In this document: one piece after another, positions 8,801-16,266 of the stretch
Layout: each line of letters opens with the position of its first letter
Position numbering within the stretch: the stretch's first letter is position 1
Assembly (NCBI GenBank): GCA_050951325.1
Contig: JBMNIW010000012.1
Coordinates: forward strand, 640,001-704,000
From: Clostridia bacterium
Lineage (GTDB): Bacteria > Bacillota > Clostridia > UBA1212 > DUPL01
Length of the DNA stretch: 64,000 bases
Direction of reading: 5' to 3'
Notes under the pieces: generated by a model
The model's input: only the letters and a program-made list of their open reading frames with translations
Database searches by the model: none
Told to the model about the DNA's origin: nothing
Made by a program: the position numbers and the translations under genes

Positions 8801-11220
8801 GGAACAAGGAGGGAATCAATTACACAGTTCCAACAAGGGATTTGGTGTTCTACAACGGATATGGCGGTTTCTCAAAGGACAGCTATGGCATGTACAATGA
8901 GTATTTAATTGATGTTCTGTATTCTCAAAACCGCTTTATTACAACTCCAAGACCATGGATAAACACGATTACTGGGACCAATTTTGGATTTATTGTTTCA
9001 GAGAGCGGTTCTGGATCAGTTTGGCATATAAACAGTAGGGAAAACAGATTGACACCCTGGTACAACCAACTGGTCAGAGACCCTTCAGGGGAAACAATCT
9101 ATATTCAAAACATGAAAAATGGGGAGTACTTCTCTGCTACCCCAATGCCCTGTGGACACAATGTTTTGTTTGAGGTGCGCCATGGGCATGGATATTCAGT
9201 GTTTAATGGAAAGGCACCTGGTTTAAATACAGAGCTTGTGGTGTTCGCTGCTCAGACCAAACCCGTAAAGCTTTCTTTGCTTAGCATCACAAACACAACT
9301 GAGGAGGATATGCAATTGAGGCTGGTTTATTACGTAAGACCGGTTCTTGGAGACTATCTGTCCAAGCGCGGGTTTTACACCGTTACTTCTGTGGACGCTG
9401 AAAACGATGCTCTTCTAGCAAACAATTATAGAGTTGACAAGTTTGGAGAACTGACGGCTTTCATAAGCTCATCGTTGTCAATGGACGGCTATACGGGTGA
9501 TGATCTGGAGTTTAAAGGGATAAACGGAACGTTGGCCGCACCTGCTGCCCTGCTTCCAGAAAACAGCTTGTCTAACTCATGCGGGGCTGGCTTGTCACCC
9601 TGCATGGCGATGACAAGCAGCATATTGATAAAAGCAGGTGATACCTTCCAACTTGTGTATATGCTGGGTCAAACTAATTCAGATGAAGAACGTGTGGAGA
9701 TTATAAAGGAGTTCAAGAGTACGTTCAATGCAGGACAGGAACTAAACAGAGTAAAAGAGTACTGGCATAATTATGTAACCCAGGTTGTAGTTGATACACC
9801 AGACAAAGCCATGAACATTCTGATGAACGGCTGGCTGTTGTATCAGATCAAAGCATGCAGGCTGGAAGGAAGAACTGCCTTCTATCAGTCGGGTGGAGCT
9901 TTTGGTTTTAGAGATCAGCTTCAAGATTGCCTTGCATTGCTGCATGTCGACCCTGAGCGTGTGAAAAAGCAGATACTGCTACATGCATCAAGACAGTATG
10001 AGGAAGGAGATGTACAGCACTGGTGGCATGAACCATCCGGAGCAGGTATAAGAAGCAGGTACAGTGATGACCTCTTGTGGCTGCCTTACTGCGTTTACTA
10101 CTATTGCATGCACACACAGGATTACGACATTCTGAAAATTGAGGTTGCATATTTGAAAAGTCCTCCACTATCCGATGCGGAGCATGACAGATATGAAATA
10201 TGTGAAGTTTCGGAATTAAAGGAATCTTTGATAGATCATTGCATAAGAGCTATGAAGTTTGCATTGAAGCTTGGTAAACGCGGTCTTCCTCTAATGAGAG
10301 GCGGAGACTGGAATGATGGAATGAACAATGTGAAGGGAGAAAGCGTATGGCTTGCATGGTTCTTATGTACCGTAATGGACAACTTCAAGAAACTATGCAA
10401 GGCTGCTGGTATTTACTCTGACCACGATTTTGTTCAGTCCATTGACAGAATTACCAATGATATTGTCAAATCTATAGAAGAATACTGTTGGGACGGCAAT
10501 TGGTATGTCAGAGCATTTTTCGAGGATGGCACTCCTATCGGCAGCCATACATCGCCAGAGTGTTCAATAGACTCGTTGGCGCAATCGTGGAGTGTTATCA
10601 GTGGTAGAGGAGACAAAGAGCGTGCAGTCTCAGCATTGGAATCAGCGGTCAAAAGGCTTGTTGACTTTGACAAGGGGATTATAAAGCTTTTGACGCCTGC
10701 CTTTACTGGAGAGCACATGAATCCGGGATATATTGCGGCATATCCTCCGGGTATTAGAGAAAACGGTGCTCAGTATACCCATGGTTCAATCTGGCTTGCT
10801 AAAGCCTTGCTCGAATTTGGCTGGTATGATCAAGGTTACGAATTGTTAAATATTCTGAACCCGATAAACCATGCCAGAACACAGCAAGAAGTGAATATGT
10901 ATAAAAACGAGCCCTATGCTGTTTCTGCAGATATATATACAGATGATAAAAACATAGGGCTTGGTGGATGGAGTTTTTACACCGGTTCTGCCAGCTGGCT
11001 GTACAAGACAATGCTGGAAGACTTCCTGGGAATAACAAGAAGAGGAAACATGCTCATTGTTAATCCAAGAATACCGTCATCGTGGCCAGGTTATACAATC
11101 AGGTACAGATTTGGCAACACCGTATATCATATAGAAGTAAAGAATAAATCTAAAGCCAATATGGAATCGAAAACAATCCAGCTCGTTGATGACGGCAGTG
11201 AACACAAAATAACTATTTAG
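2851..11220 (+). CDS. ndvB: Cyclic beta-1,2-glucan synthase (GT84 + central cyclisation domain + GH94 phosphorylase)
   Basis: 2789 aa. GYERKRG, TIDADT, LSHDLIEG, RLHRWTRGDWQL (GT84); RTSPTNIG, ASEARL, WGVSES (central domain); YQSGGAFGFRDQLQD, GGDWNDGMN, GIRENGAQYTH, YTGSASW (GH94). Confidence 0.92.
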   Translation: MIFKEVLGRDSFIKRAEMAAHSHHIKGKCKKWPRHLPKPQELKDVIENTYRRIASRYIEERSVAMPAEEWIADNYHFIKGQLNTFEDLGKQIKYLPMIERSDIKGYSELRIYSICSEIVEYTDGLVDEGAISDYLDSYQKISPLKTAELAVIAPMLRLALLNRIALVCKMTDRVTEERHESELMFNRYVNYIEGKGASNRALEKWISSVGDLSPVFAETILRLAAKWSDDTEQFRNILKRKLAGRGITLDELIAKEHKTRSALGVSVGNAITGLNNLTSIHWSALLKKLSIVEQILLKDPVDVFSKMGRQSRTYYVYLIDVYARRMGVSAESVAMTAIELASASSSPQHVGYYLYKEGYRDLKKAVSEKFKTRKPMFSIKPRGLQAGVMFLTSLAIFSVILGFLPLIYIIYAITRNYNGIVINLLLAAGLILPLLVIVQNIAIPILQKIFAKLYPPRPLPHMDFSSGIPDDCKVMCIIPAVIDSPERAKDLVRQLEILYLANREDNIYYSLVGDFKESPRQTEDMDRSIVKAAYDSVEELDKKYGVDNRFFFFYRERVFYEKENKYMGYERKRGAIIEFNNLLIGKSNSFKSNAKGDMPDIKYVLTIDADTFVPGGSIRQMVEIMEHPLNVPVVKDNVVVDGYGILQPSIVQGMSYKSPNFFTSCYSCQPGVDCYFSQTSDFYFDTCYEGIFTGKGMYNPALFNALLEDAFPDNSILSHDLIEGSYLRTAFASNIRFYDSFPGSYDSYVRRLHRWTRGDWQLLPFKKKTIIDKKGRKRKNPLNFLSIFKINANFIRSLLAPSVLLTYIIGMLALRSYFVFWHVLLAITMYLPFILSPSLGLLKQCTLRIVFLPHEAYVMADSIVRTLWRVYVSRKNLLSWVTSADSEKLTKGSFAYYCKNMWFSFIAAIIIPGITTPIWFFAPFVAKIISNNKCDKVVDEAENRRNRSIGILSRKIWAFYEDYAGKQDNYLPPDNVQFEPVYSIAHRTSPTNIGYLILSCVIAYNMGYITFCNMIERLENIMNTIDRMEKWKGHLYNWYDTISLVPLTPIFVSTVDSGNLMAALLCSAQIIRETVERHDSEDNKLYRDKVITSQAHGLLDLINTLNEYADVERKVDKEAVESFLNNSEKTIEEWNYVLSHYNSDSNFENVNQNESTKAFALRVKLKDAVSAFIEELNIDSISICRDRANEIIKRMEDLALGFDFKPLYNEQKQLFSVGYSLNERRRSGAHYDIVASEARLTSYLAIAKGDVGYEHFFKMARRYSEETGVLLSWAGTTFEYLLPEAFFKVCEDSLWRKVCDIAVEIQMEYGKEYGIPWGVSESCFNAMEVNMNFKYKAFGVPELGIRRNHNTERVVSPYSSLMAIDRKPDEVIKNLERFKEVGAYGIYGYCEAVDYTQGRMGVVKSFMAHHLGMSFAAIANFALDDLIRENFSAIPLVESCKWLLTEKMPCKHLRKWKLVSGNHILGFLTKKAYIGNRKAYDDRQNDKKDRYNELGTQENHECNHAADLREITSFGGALPDCHLLSNGNYHVMITADGVGYSKCGEIGITRWFGGIEREIVGFFIYVRVRETGEVFSLTYNPVAKKADKQVVYFYNDRALFKRRDGDLESELEIFVSPEENAEIRRVKFTSNSEQNLHLEVTCVCELTMTSWMSHQSHPAYSDLMIVTEANPSEYTLIAKRKYKDEPSNLTYACMVASSKSGDISAFSYDTDFLTFMGRNRDYENPKSMEANAPLSGNHGAVITPCFSMRCMISVPAGESDTLAFTLGYAESRDAIYEIVDKFRNIRNTERALSLAETRCVIEQEYVEVLPGERKAFLSTLSHIVFMSPVRILFSGAISRGQDIVASLWELGISGDNPIVTVFAQKIENYNFLERMIRMWRFFSFRGFVLDLAIITEEGGEYVSSQKDAAESLAAKALAGSYHVRGNIYVIQPMEKNRRALECLLAASCIVLKPSSQSQENAKAVAGKEKLYRNMIMAGNEFALRNKEGINYTVPTRDLVFYNGYGGFSKDSYGMYNEYLIDVLYSQNRFITTPRPWINTITGTNFGFIVSESGSGSVWHINSRENRLTPWYNQLVRDPSGETIYIQNMKNGEYFSATPMPCGHNVLFEVRHGHGYSVFNGKAPGLNTELVVFAAQTKPVKLSLLSITNTTEEDMQLRLVYYVRPVLGDYLSKRGFYTVTSVDAENDALLANNYRVDKFGELTAFISSSLSMDGYTGDDLEFKGINGTLAAPAALLPENSLSNSCGAGLSPCMAMTSSILIKAGDTFQLVYMLGQTNSDEERVEIIKEFKSTFNAGQELNRVKEYWHNYVTQVVVDTPDKAMNILMNGWLLYQIKACRLEGRTAFYQSGGAFGFRDQLQDCLALLHVDPERVKKQILLHASRQYEEGDVQHWWHEPSGAGIRSRYSDDLLWLPYCVYYYCMHTQDYDILKIEVAYLKSPPLSDAEHDRYEICEVSELKESLIDHCIRAMKFALKLGKRGLPLMRGGDWNDGMNNVKGESVWLAWFLCTVMDNFKKLCKAAGIYSDHDFVQSIDRITNDIVKSIEEYCWDGNWYVRAFFEDGTPIGSHTSPECSIDSLAQSWSVISGRGDKERAVSALESAVKRLVDFDKGIIKLLTPAFTGEHMNPGYIAAYPPGIRENGAQYTHGSIWLAKALLEFGWYDQGYELLNILNPINHARTQQEVNMYKNEPYAVSADIYTDDKNIGLGGWSFYTGSASWLYKTMLEDFLGITRRGNMLIVNPRIPSSWPGYTIRYRFGNTVYHIEVKNKSKANMESKTIQLVDDGSEHKITI

Positions 11221-12488
11221 TTGTTTGAGTAGAATACTTTGAAAAGTTTGTGTATCATAAACGGATCCTTGGAACCGCCAAGTTCCCTTGCAGAATGCAT
11301 GGAAAGCATGGGACTACCAATGTCTACCGCTGTAATTCCATATTCAGCTGATAGCATAGGTCCTATTGTTCCCCCGCCTCTTACATCGCTTCTATTTGCA
11401 TACTCCTGCAAGGGAATATCATTCTTCTTGCAAAGAGTCTTAATATAAGCAGTTGCTTTTGCATTGGATGCATAGGATTGGTTTGAGTTGTGTTTAAGCA
11501 CAGGGCCCTTATTCAAGCAAACATGCATGTGTGGATCGTTTTTATCTGGGTAAGCAGGATGTGCTGCATGTGCCATGTCGCCGGATATGAGAAACGATTT
11601 GAAAAGTGCAATGTATTTCTTCTCCTTGGACATGTCAAAGCTTTCAAAAATCCTGTCAAGAATCATATCGAGAAAATTGGACCTAGCACCCCTGTCACTG
11701 AGTGAGCCGCATTCTTCGTGGTCGAAGGCTACAGCGATGGCGTTTTCCATCATATTATCGCATGACTCTATAAAACCGGTAAAAATACTATATACCATGG
11801 ACAGATCATCAAGTCTTGGAGAGGAGATAAACTCCTTGTTCAAGCCTACGAATGTTCCAGGAGATGCATCGTAAGTCATTAAATCAAAACTTAATACATC
11901 ATCCTCGGTACAATTTGCTTCCTTTGCAAGAAGACTAATAAATGCCTGCCCATTATCTTCCTGCGCAAACAGCGGTGACAATTCATTTTGGATGTTGAAC
12001 TTAACGTTTTCATTTACCTCCCTGTTCATATGGATAGCAAGACTTGGAATTATGGCTATGGGTTCCGAAATGTTTATATAAACCTTTCGGATTGAATCTT
12101 TCTCTTTAACATAGACAACACCAGCTAGTCCTAGCGGCCTGTCAAGCCATGAGTAAAGTATGCTGCCACCGTAACCTTCAACATTAAGAAGTTCATAGCC
12201 ACCTTTAATGAATGACGATGTCGGCTTAATTCTAAAACAAGGCGAATCTGTATGTGCGGCAGCAATCTTAAAGCCTTTTTCCAAATCACTGCTTAGGTAA
12301 AAGGCTGCAATGGATGTGTCTTTGTTGACAACATAATATAGTTTGCCTTGTTCAAGTTCCCAGCTGGATTCAACATCCAGCCCTATGGCATTCTTTTTAT
12401 CAAGCATGTCCTTAAGTTTATTGACCGCATGGTAAGGTGTAGGCGATCCGTTTATATATTCCAACATGGATTGTGCATACGAGTTCAT
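11217..12488 (-). CDS. apeB: M18-family (aspartyl) aminopeptidase
   Basis: SPTPYHAV, AHTDSP, SWLDRPLGLAG, RLDDL, FDHEECGS, GGGTIGP, MHSARE. Start moved to 12488 because a GGAGGT RBS precedes it. Confidence 0.9.
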   Translation of the reverse strand: MNSYAQSMLEYINGSPTPYHAVNKLKDMLDKKNAIGLDVESSWELEQGKLYYVVNKDTSIAAFYLSSDLEKGFKIAAAHTDSPCFRIKPTSSFIKGGYELLNVEGYGGSILYSWLDRPLGLAGVVYVKEKDSIRKVYINISEPIAIIPSLAIHMNREVNENVKFNIQNELSPLFAQEDNGQAFISLLAKEANCTEDDVLSFDLMTYDASPGTFVGLNKEFISSPRLDDLSMVYSIFTGFIESCDNMMENAIAVAFDHEECGSLSDRGARSNFLDMILDRIFESFDMSKEKKYIALFKSFLISGDMAHAAHPAYPDKNDPHMHVCLNKGPVLKHNSNQSYASNAKATAYIKTLCKKNDIPLQEYANRSDVRGGGTIGPMLSAEYGITAVDIGSPMLSMHSARELGGSKDPFMIHKLFKVFYSNN

Positions 12489-12593
12489 AAATACCTCCGA
12501 GTAAAATGATATATCAAGTCTAGTATACATGAATTTTGCTTTGTCCACAAACGTAAACAATATGTGTTAATATTAATAAACTGGTCTGAGCAA

Positions 12594-12634
12594 AGTCTAC
12601 AAATGTAGACAAGTTATTTGCGTAAAGATATAAT
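12594..12634. promoter_or_regulatory. Divergent sigmaA promoters with back-to-back -35 boxes
   Basis: Plus strand TAGACA(12606)-17-TATAAT(12629); minus strand TAGACT-18-TAATAT; the two -35 boxes form the palindrome GTCTACA-AA-TGTAGAC. Confidence 0.55.
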
Positions 12635-12652
12635 AGGTAAAAAAAGAATAGG

Positions 12653-13363
12653 ATGATTGGATTGAACATTGCAGTCGTTTTGGCTGGTGGAACAGGTCAA
12701 AGAGTTGGCGGTGATATGCCAAAACAATTTATGGATATAAACGGTATTCCAATGATTATAAGAACAATAAAAGCCTTTGAAGAACATGATGAAATAGACA
12801 TGATTCTTGTAGTTTGTCTTGAAGAGTGGAACGGTAAGCTATGCAGTTTGCTGGACAAGTATAATGTTATGAAGGTCAAGCAAATTGTCGGTCAAGGAAA
12901 TACAAGGAGAGAATCATCATTTAATGCAATAAAAGCATTAAATGATGTGTGTAAAGACGATGATATTATCCTTATACATGACGCTGCAAGGCCAAATTTA
13001 TCGTATAAAATTATCGCAGAGAATATAAGAATGGCAAAAAACACGGGAGCATGCGAAACGGTTATTCCGGTTCAGGATACCATTGTTGTCAGTATGGATG
13101 GTTTACATGCTCATGAAAAACCATCAAGAGACAAGCTGTATATCGTTCAAACACCTCAGAGCTTTAAGTACTCTATAATCAGGCATGCCCATAACTACTA
13201 TTTGGAAAGTAAAAGGAATGAGTTAAAAGTGCCCGATATAACAGACGACACAGGATTGCTTCTTTTTGCAAACATTCCTGTTTCTTTAGTAGAGGGAGAC
13301 AAGTTCAATATCAAGGTTACATCACCTGAAGACTTTGTTTTAATGGAAGCTATAATAAAATAG
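12653..13363 (+). CDS. IspD/TarI-family cytidylyltransferase
   Basis: LAGGTGQRVGGDMPKQF, IHDAARP, VQTPQSF, ITDD, NIKVTSPED. IspD versus TarI cannot be resolved by eye. Confidence 0.85.
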   Translation: MIGLNIAVVLAGGTGQRVGGDMPKQFMDINGIPMIIRTIKAFEEHDEIDMILVVCLEEWNGKLCSLLDKYNVMKVKQIVGQGNTRRESSFNAIKALNDVCKDDDIILIHDAARPNLSYKIIAENIRMAKNTGACETVIPVQDTIVVSMDGLHAHEKPSRDKLYIVQTPQSFKYSIIRHAHNYYLESKRNELKVPDITDDTGLLLFANIPVSLVEGDKFNIKVTSPEDFVLMEAIIK

Positions 13364-13663
13364 GAATTTAAATATGCTAAAAAATCATATTTTTAATATT
13401 GGGAAATAGACAGATTCTGTAAAAGGCGTGTTTTATGCCAAACTGTCAACTGCAGACATGTAATCAAGCTTATAAACTTGCCTGTTTTATCTAAACCTAG
13501 AAGACATCTTACATATAATTACACTAAACGGGAAATAAGCCCAACATGGACACCTGATTGAATTTGTGGTAATCTTCACATGCTTAATACTCGGAGCAAC
13601 ATCTGCAGTCTAGCTATAGCACCAACTGTCACAAGGCAAAAATTTTTAACAGGAGGCTGTAAG

Positions 13664-14620
13664 TTGCGACGTCCAAAAAGTGTGTTTCATGAAACGTATC
13701 ATATTGTTAACAGAGGCTTTGGCGGTATAAATATTTTTAGAAATGACAAAGACAAGAACAAATACCTTGACTTGCTTGCAAAAGGAGCTGAAAAGTACAG
13801 TGTGGACATTATTGCCTATTGTCTTATGGACAACCACTACCACTTGTGTGTCAGCTCCAGGAATGAAGAGTATGCAGATATATCAAGTTTTCTTAGATAT
13901 GCAAATTCTCAATATGTAAGATACTTCAACAAAACAAGCGAGCCAGATGAAGAAGGAGATCCGAGAGCGGGTTCCCTATTCGGAACACCCTACAAGGCAG
14001 TTCCTGTCAACGACGAGTTTCAATTGGAAGCGTTGATTGCATACATACACAACAACCCTGCACCCATGGGTGTTGATGTAAAAGAATACAAGTACAGCAG
14101 TTATCACAGATATCTTAACGTTGCAAGTGGGAGAAAAACTGCAGAGGTAGAAAATGAAAAAGGGCTTGTTCTTAAGTTTTCTTTAATTAAAAATTATACT
14201 GAAGAAGAACTAATAGAGCTAACAAAGAAAAGCAGCAAGTACAAATTTTGCGAAGGTAAGGAGAGTTACATCGGGAAGAACTACGTTACCGATGAACTTC
14301 TAATAGACGAGATTGAGTATTATTATGAAATGAGTATAAGTGAAATAAACAAGTTAAAAGGCGAAGAAAAATTGGAAATTTTATTTGAAATAAGTAAGAT
14401 GCCAGGCGTGTCAAAAAAGCAAATAGCAAGAGTGTTTTCTATTGATTATCATTACCTGTGCAGGATTCTTAGAATGTTTCAACAATACATAAATAAGTCC
14501 AGTAATGGCAAAAAGGATGATTTTGGTAGTGGTGAAGTGAGAAAAGCAAGTATAAGTAAAGAAATCGATGTAAAATATAAGATGGGTGATTTGCATAGAG
14601 GATCGTCAAATGATCCGTAA
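13664..14620 (+). mobile_element. REP-associated tyrosine transposase (RAYT)-like HUH/Y1 transposase with C-terminal HTH-like extension
   Basis: YHIVNRG, AYCLMDNHYHL (HUH), YVRYFN, GSLF, AYIHNNP (catalytic Tyr), YKYSSY. TTG start 7 nt after AGGAGG. Confidence 0.85.
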
Positions 14621-14647
14621 CTTATCTGCATATTGGTATGTATATGC

Positions 14648-14670
14648 GCAAGGCAGTATGACTACCTTGC
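14648..14670. terminator. Hairpin between the convergent RAYT and CBS genes
   Basis: GCAAGGCAGT-ATG-ACTACCTTGC; the single mismatch is a G-U pair on the minus strand; weak U-tract. Confidence 0.5.
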
Positions 14671-14678
14671 TTGATTTA

Positions 14679-15116
14679 TTATTGCGCAAATTGGGAACTT
14701 GAAGGCTGTGATATATTTTTCAGAGCTTGTTCTGCGTTGTCGCTGAGTTTTGGCTCAACAGAAATGTCTCCCAAAGAAACAATACCGACAAGACGATCGT
14801 TTGAAACAACAGGAAGTCTTCTTACTTGTTTCACACTCATAATCCTTGCAGCCTCATGAACGTCTATTTCAGGAGTAGCTGTGACAGGATTTAGTGTCAT
14901 AATATCCTTTACTGTTAGAGAGTTAACGTCTTTTCCAACAGCTATTGATCGCAATACAATATCTCTGTCGGTGAGTATTCCAATAACTTTCTGGTCGTCC
15001 ATGCAAACAGGGACAGCACCAATTCCATGCTGTTTCATTAGTTCAGCAGCTTTTTTTACTGATTCATTTTGGTCAACACTTATAACATTCGTTGTCATGA
15101 TTTCATTTAACTTCAT
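14679..15116 (-). CDS. Stand-alone CBS-pair protein (YhcV/YlbB-like)
   Basis: IMTTNVISV..IGAVPV..GILTDRDI..VRRLPVV..VGIVSLGDI; GGAGGTG RBS before ATG at 15116. Confidence 0.88.
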   Translation of the reverse strand: MKLNEIMTTNVISVDQNESVKKAAELMKQHGIGAVPVCMDDQKVIGILTDRDIVLRSIAVGKDVNSLTVKDIMTLNPVTATPEIDVHEAARIMSVKQVRRLPVVSNDRLVGIVSLGDISVEPKLSDNAEQALKNISQPSSSQFAQ

Positions 15117-15214
15117 TCTCAACACCTCCGATATTATGTTAACCCTTAATTTGTTTTTCATAGCTAGCATATTTTGATATTTTGACAAGATGCTCGGACC
15201 ACTTTACTTGCTCA

Positions 15215-15243
15215 AAAATAAAACCGGACATGTAGCCCGGTTT
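15215..15243 (-). terminator. Terminator of the siderophore ABC operon
   Basis: AAACCGG..CCGGTTT stem followed by TATTTTT on the minus strand. Confidence 0.65.
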
Positions 15244-15264
15244 GCCAAAGTTCAGATGTTTTTA

Positions 15265-16212
15265 TCAAAACGCTTTTTGGATGTCACTCAACATTACTGC
15301 CATTGTATTCAGTCCACCGCTCGCTAGGTACCAAGCATCAGGATCAAGGTAAACAATCATATTTTCTTTGGCTGCGTTTGTCGATTTGACCAAATCGTTG
15401 TTCAGAGTATCGCTGGCTTTAACGGTTCCTCCAACCACAACAGTGCGGTCAACTACAAAGATAATATCAGGATTAACCTGTGCAATATACTCAAAGCTTG
15501 CGGATTGTCCGTGAGTTGAAGTTTCAATTGTGTCGTCGGCAGTTTTTATTTTCAGCACATCATGAATCAGACCAAAACGTGAACCTTTGCCATAAACACT
15601 AATATTGCCATCGTTGGTAAGAAGAGTAAGTGCTTTCTTTTCTGAATTATCAGCTTTTAATTTCAAATATTCAATCGTGGCGTCAATTTCATTTATATGA
15701 TCGTCGGCTTTGTTGCTCAGACCGAGTATTGAAGCTATGTTCTGAGTATTTTGCTTGAAGTCTTCCATAAATGCTTCTGGTCTCAAATCAACAAACATCG
15801 TTGGGGCTATTTCTGTTAGTTGTTCATAGTAGTCTTGCTGTCTTGTTCCAATTATAATAACGTCGGGTTCGAAATTGAATATGGCTTCCAAGTCGGGCTC
15901 AAAAAGTGTACCCATATCCTTGGCGTTTTTATACTTGGATAAACTAGTGGGTATGTTGCTGGTTGGAACACCCAGATCAACCTCAGCACCAAGTGCATCT
16001 ATTGTATCTAAAGCGCCCATATCGAATACAACAACTTTTCTGGCGACCTTGTTTATAGTAAATTCACCTTTGTTATGTATTACTTTGATTTGTGTATTTC
16101 CGTTATTATCACCATCATCGGTCTCTACAGGTGGGTTGAAAAGATAACCGCATCCTGTCAAGACAACAAGAGTCAGCGACATTACCATCAATATCATAAA
16201 TAACTTTTTCAT
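15265..16212 (-). CDS. Ferric-siderophore ABC transporter substrate-binding lipoprotein (YclQ/FatB/CeuE-like)
   Basis: Lipobox LTGC; VVVFDMGALDT, GTLFEPDLE, SRFGLIHD, STHGQ, WYL. Confidence 0.88.
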   Translation of the reverse strand: MKKLFMILMVMSLTLVVLTGCGYLFNPPVETDDGDNNGNTQIKVIHNKGEFTINKVARKVVVFDMGALDTIDALGAEVDLGVPTSNIPTSLSKYKNAKDMGTLFEPDLEAIFNFEPDVIIIGTRQQDYYEQLTEIAPTMFVDLRPEAFMEDFKQNTQNIASILGLSNKADDHINEIDATIEYLKLKADNSEKKALTLLTNDGNISVYGKGSRFGLIHDVLKIKTADDTIETSTHGQSASFEYIAQVNPDIIFVVDRTVVVGGTVKASDTLNNDLVKSTNAAKENMIVYLDPDAWYLASGGLNTMAVMLSDIQKAF

Positions 16213-16266
16213 ATTAAAATTTCCTCCTCAATTTTGTACTCTGTTTGAATCATGCAATATGCATAG

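Noticed and set aside
12595-12610. Palindrome GTCTACA-AA-TGTAGAC resembling a Cas12a repeat stem or an operator
   Set aside because: Single copy with no spacers or cas genes; explained by back-to-back -35 boxes.
13440-13630. 6S RNA, T-box or known riboswitch identity for the RAYT leader
   Set aside because: I recognised no conserved motifs of these families and the context is atypical; kept only as an unassigned candidate structure.
13580-13663. ORF-track N-terminal extension of the RAYT
   Set aside because: AGGAGG followed by TTG at 13664 gives the typical RAYT N-terminus, so the extension is probably untranslated.
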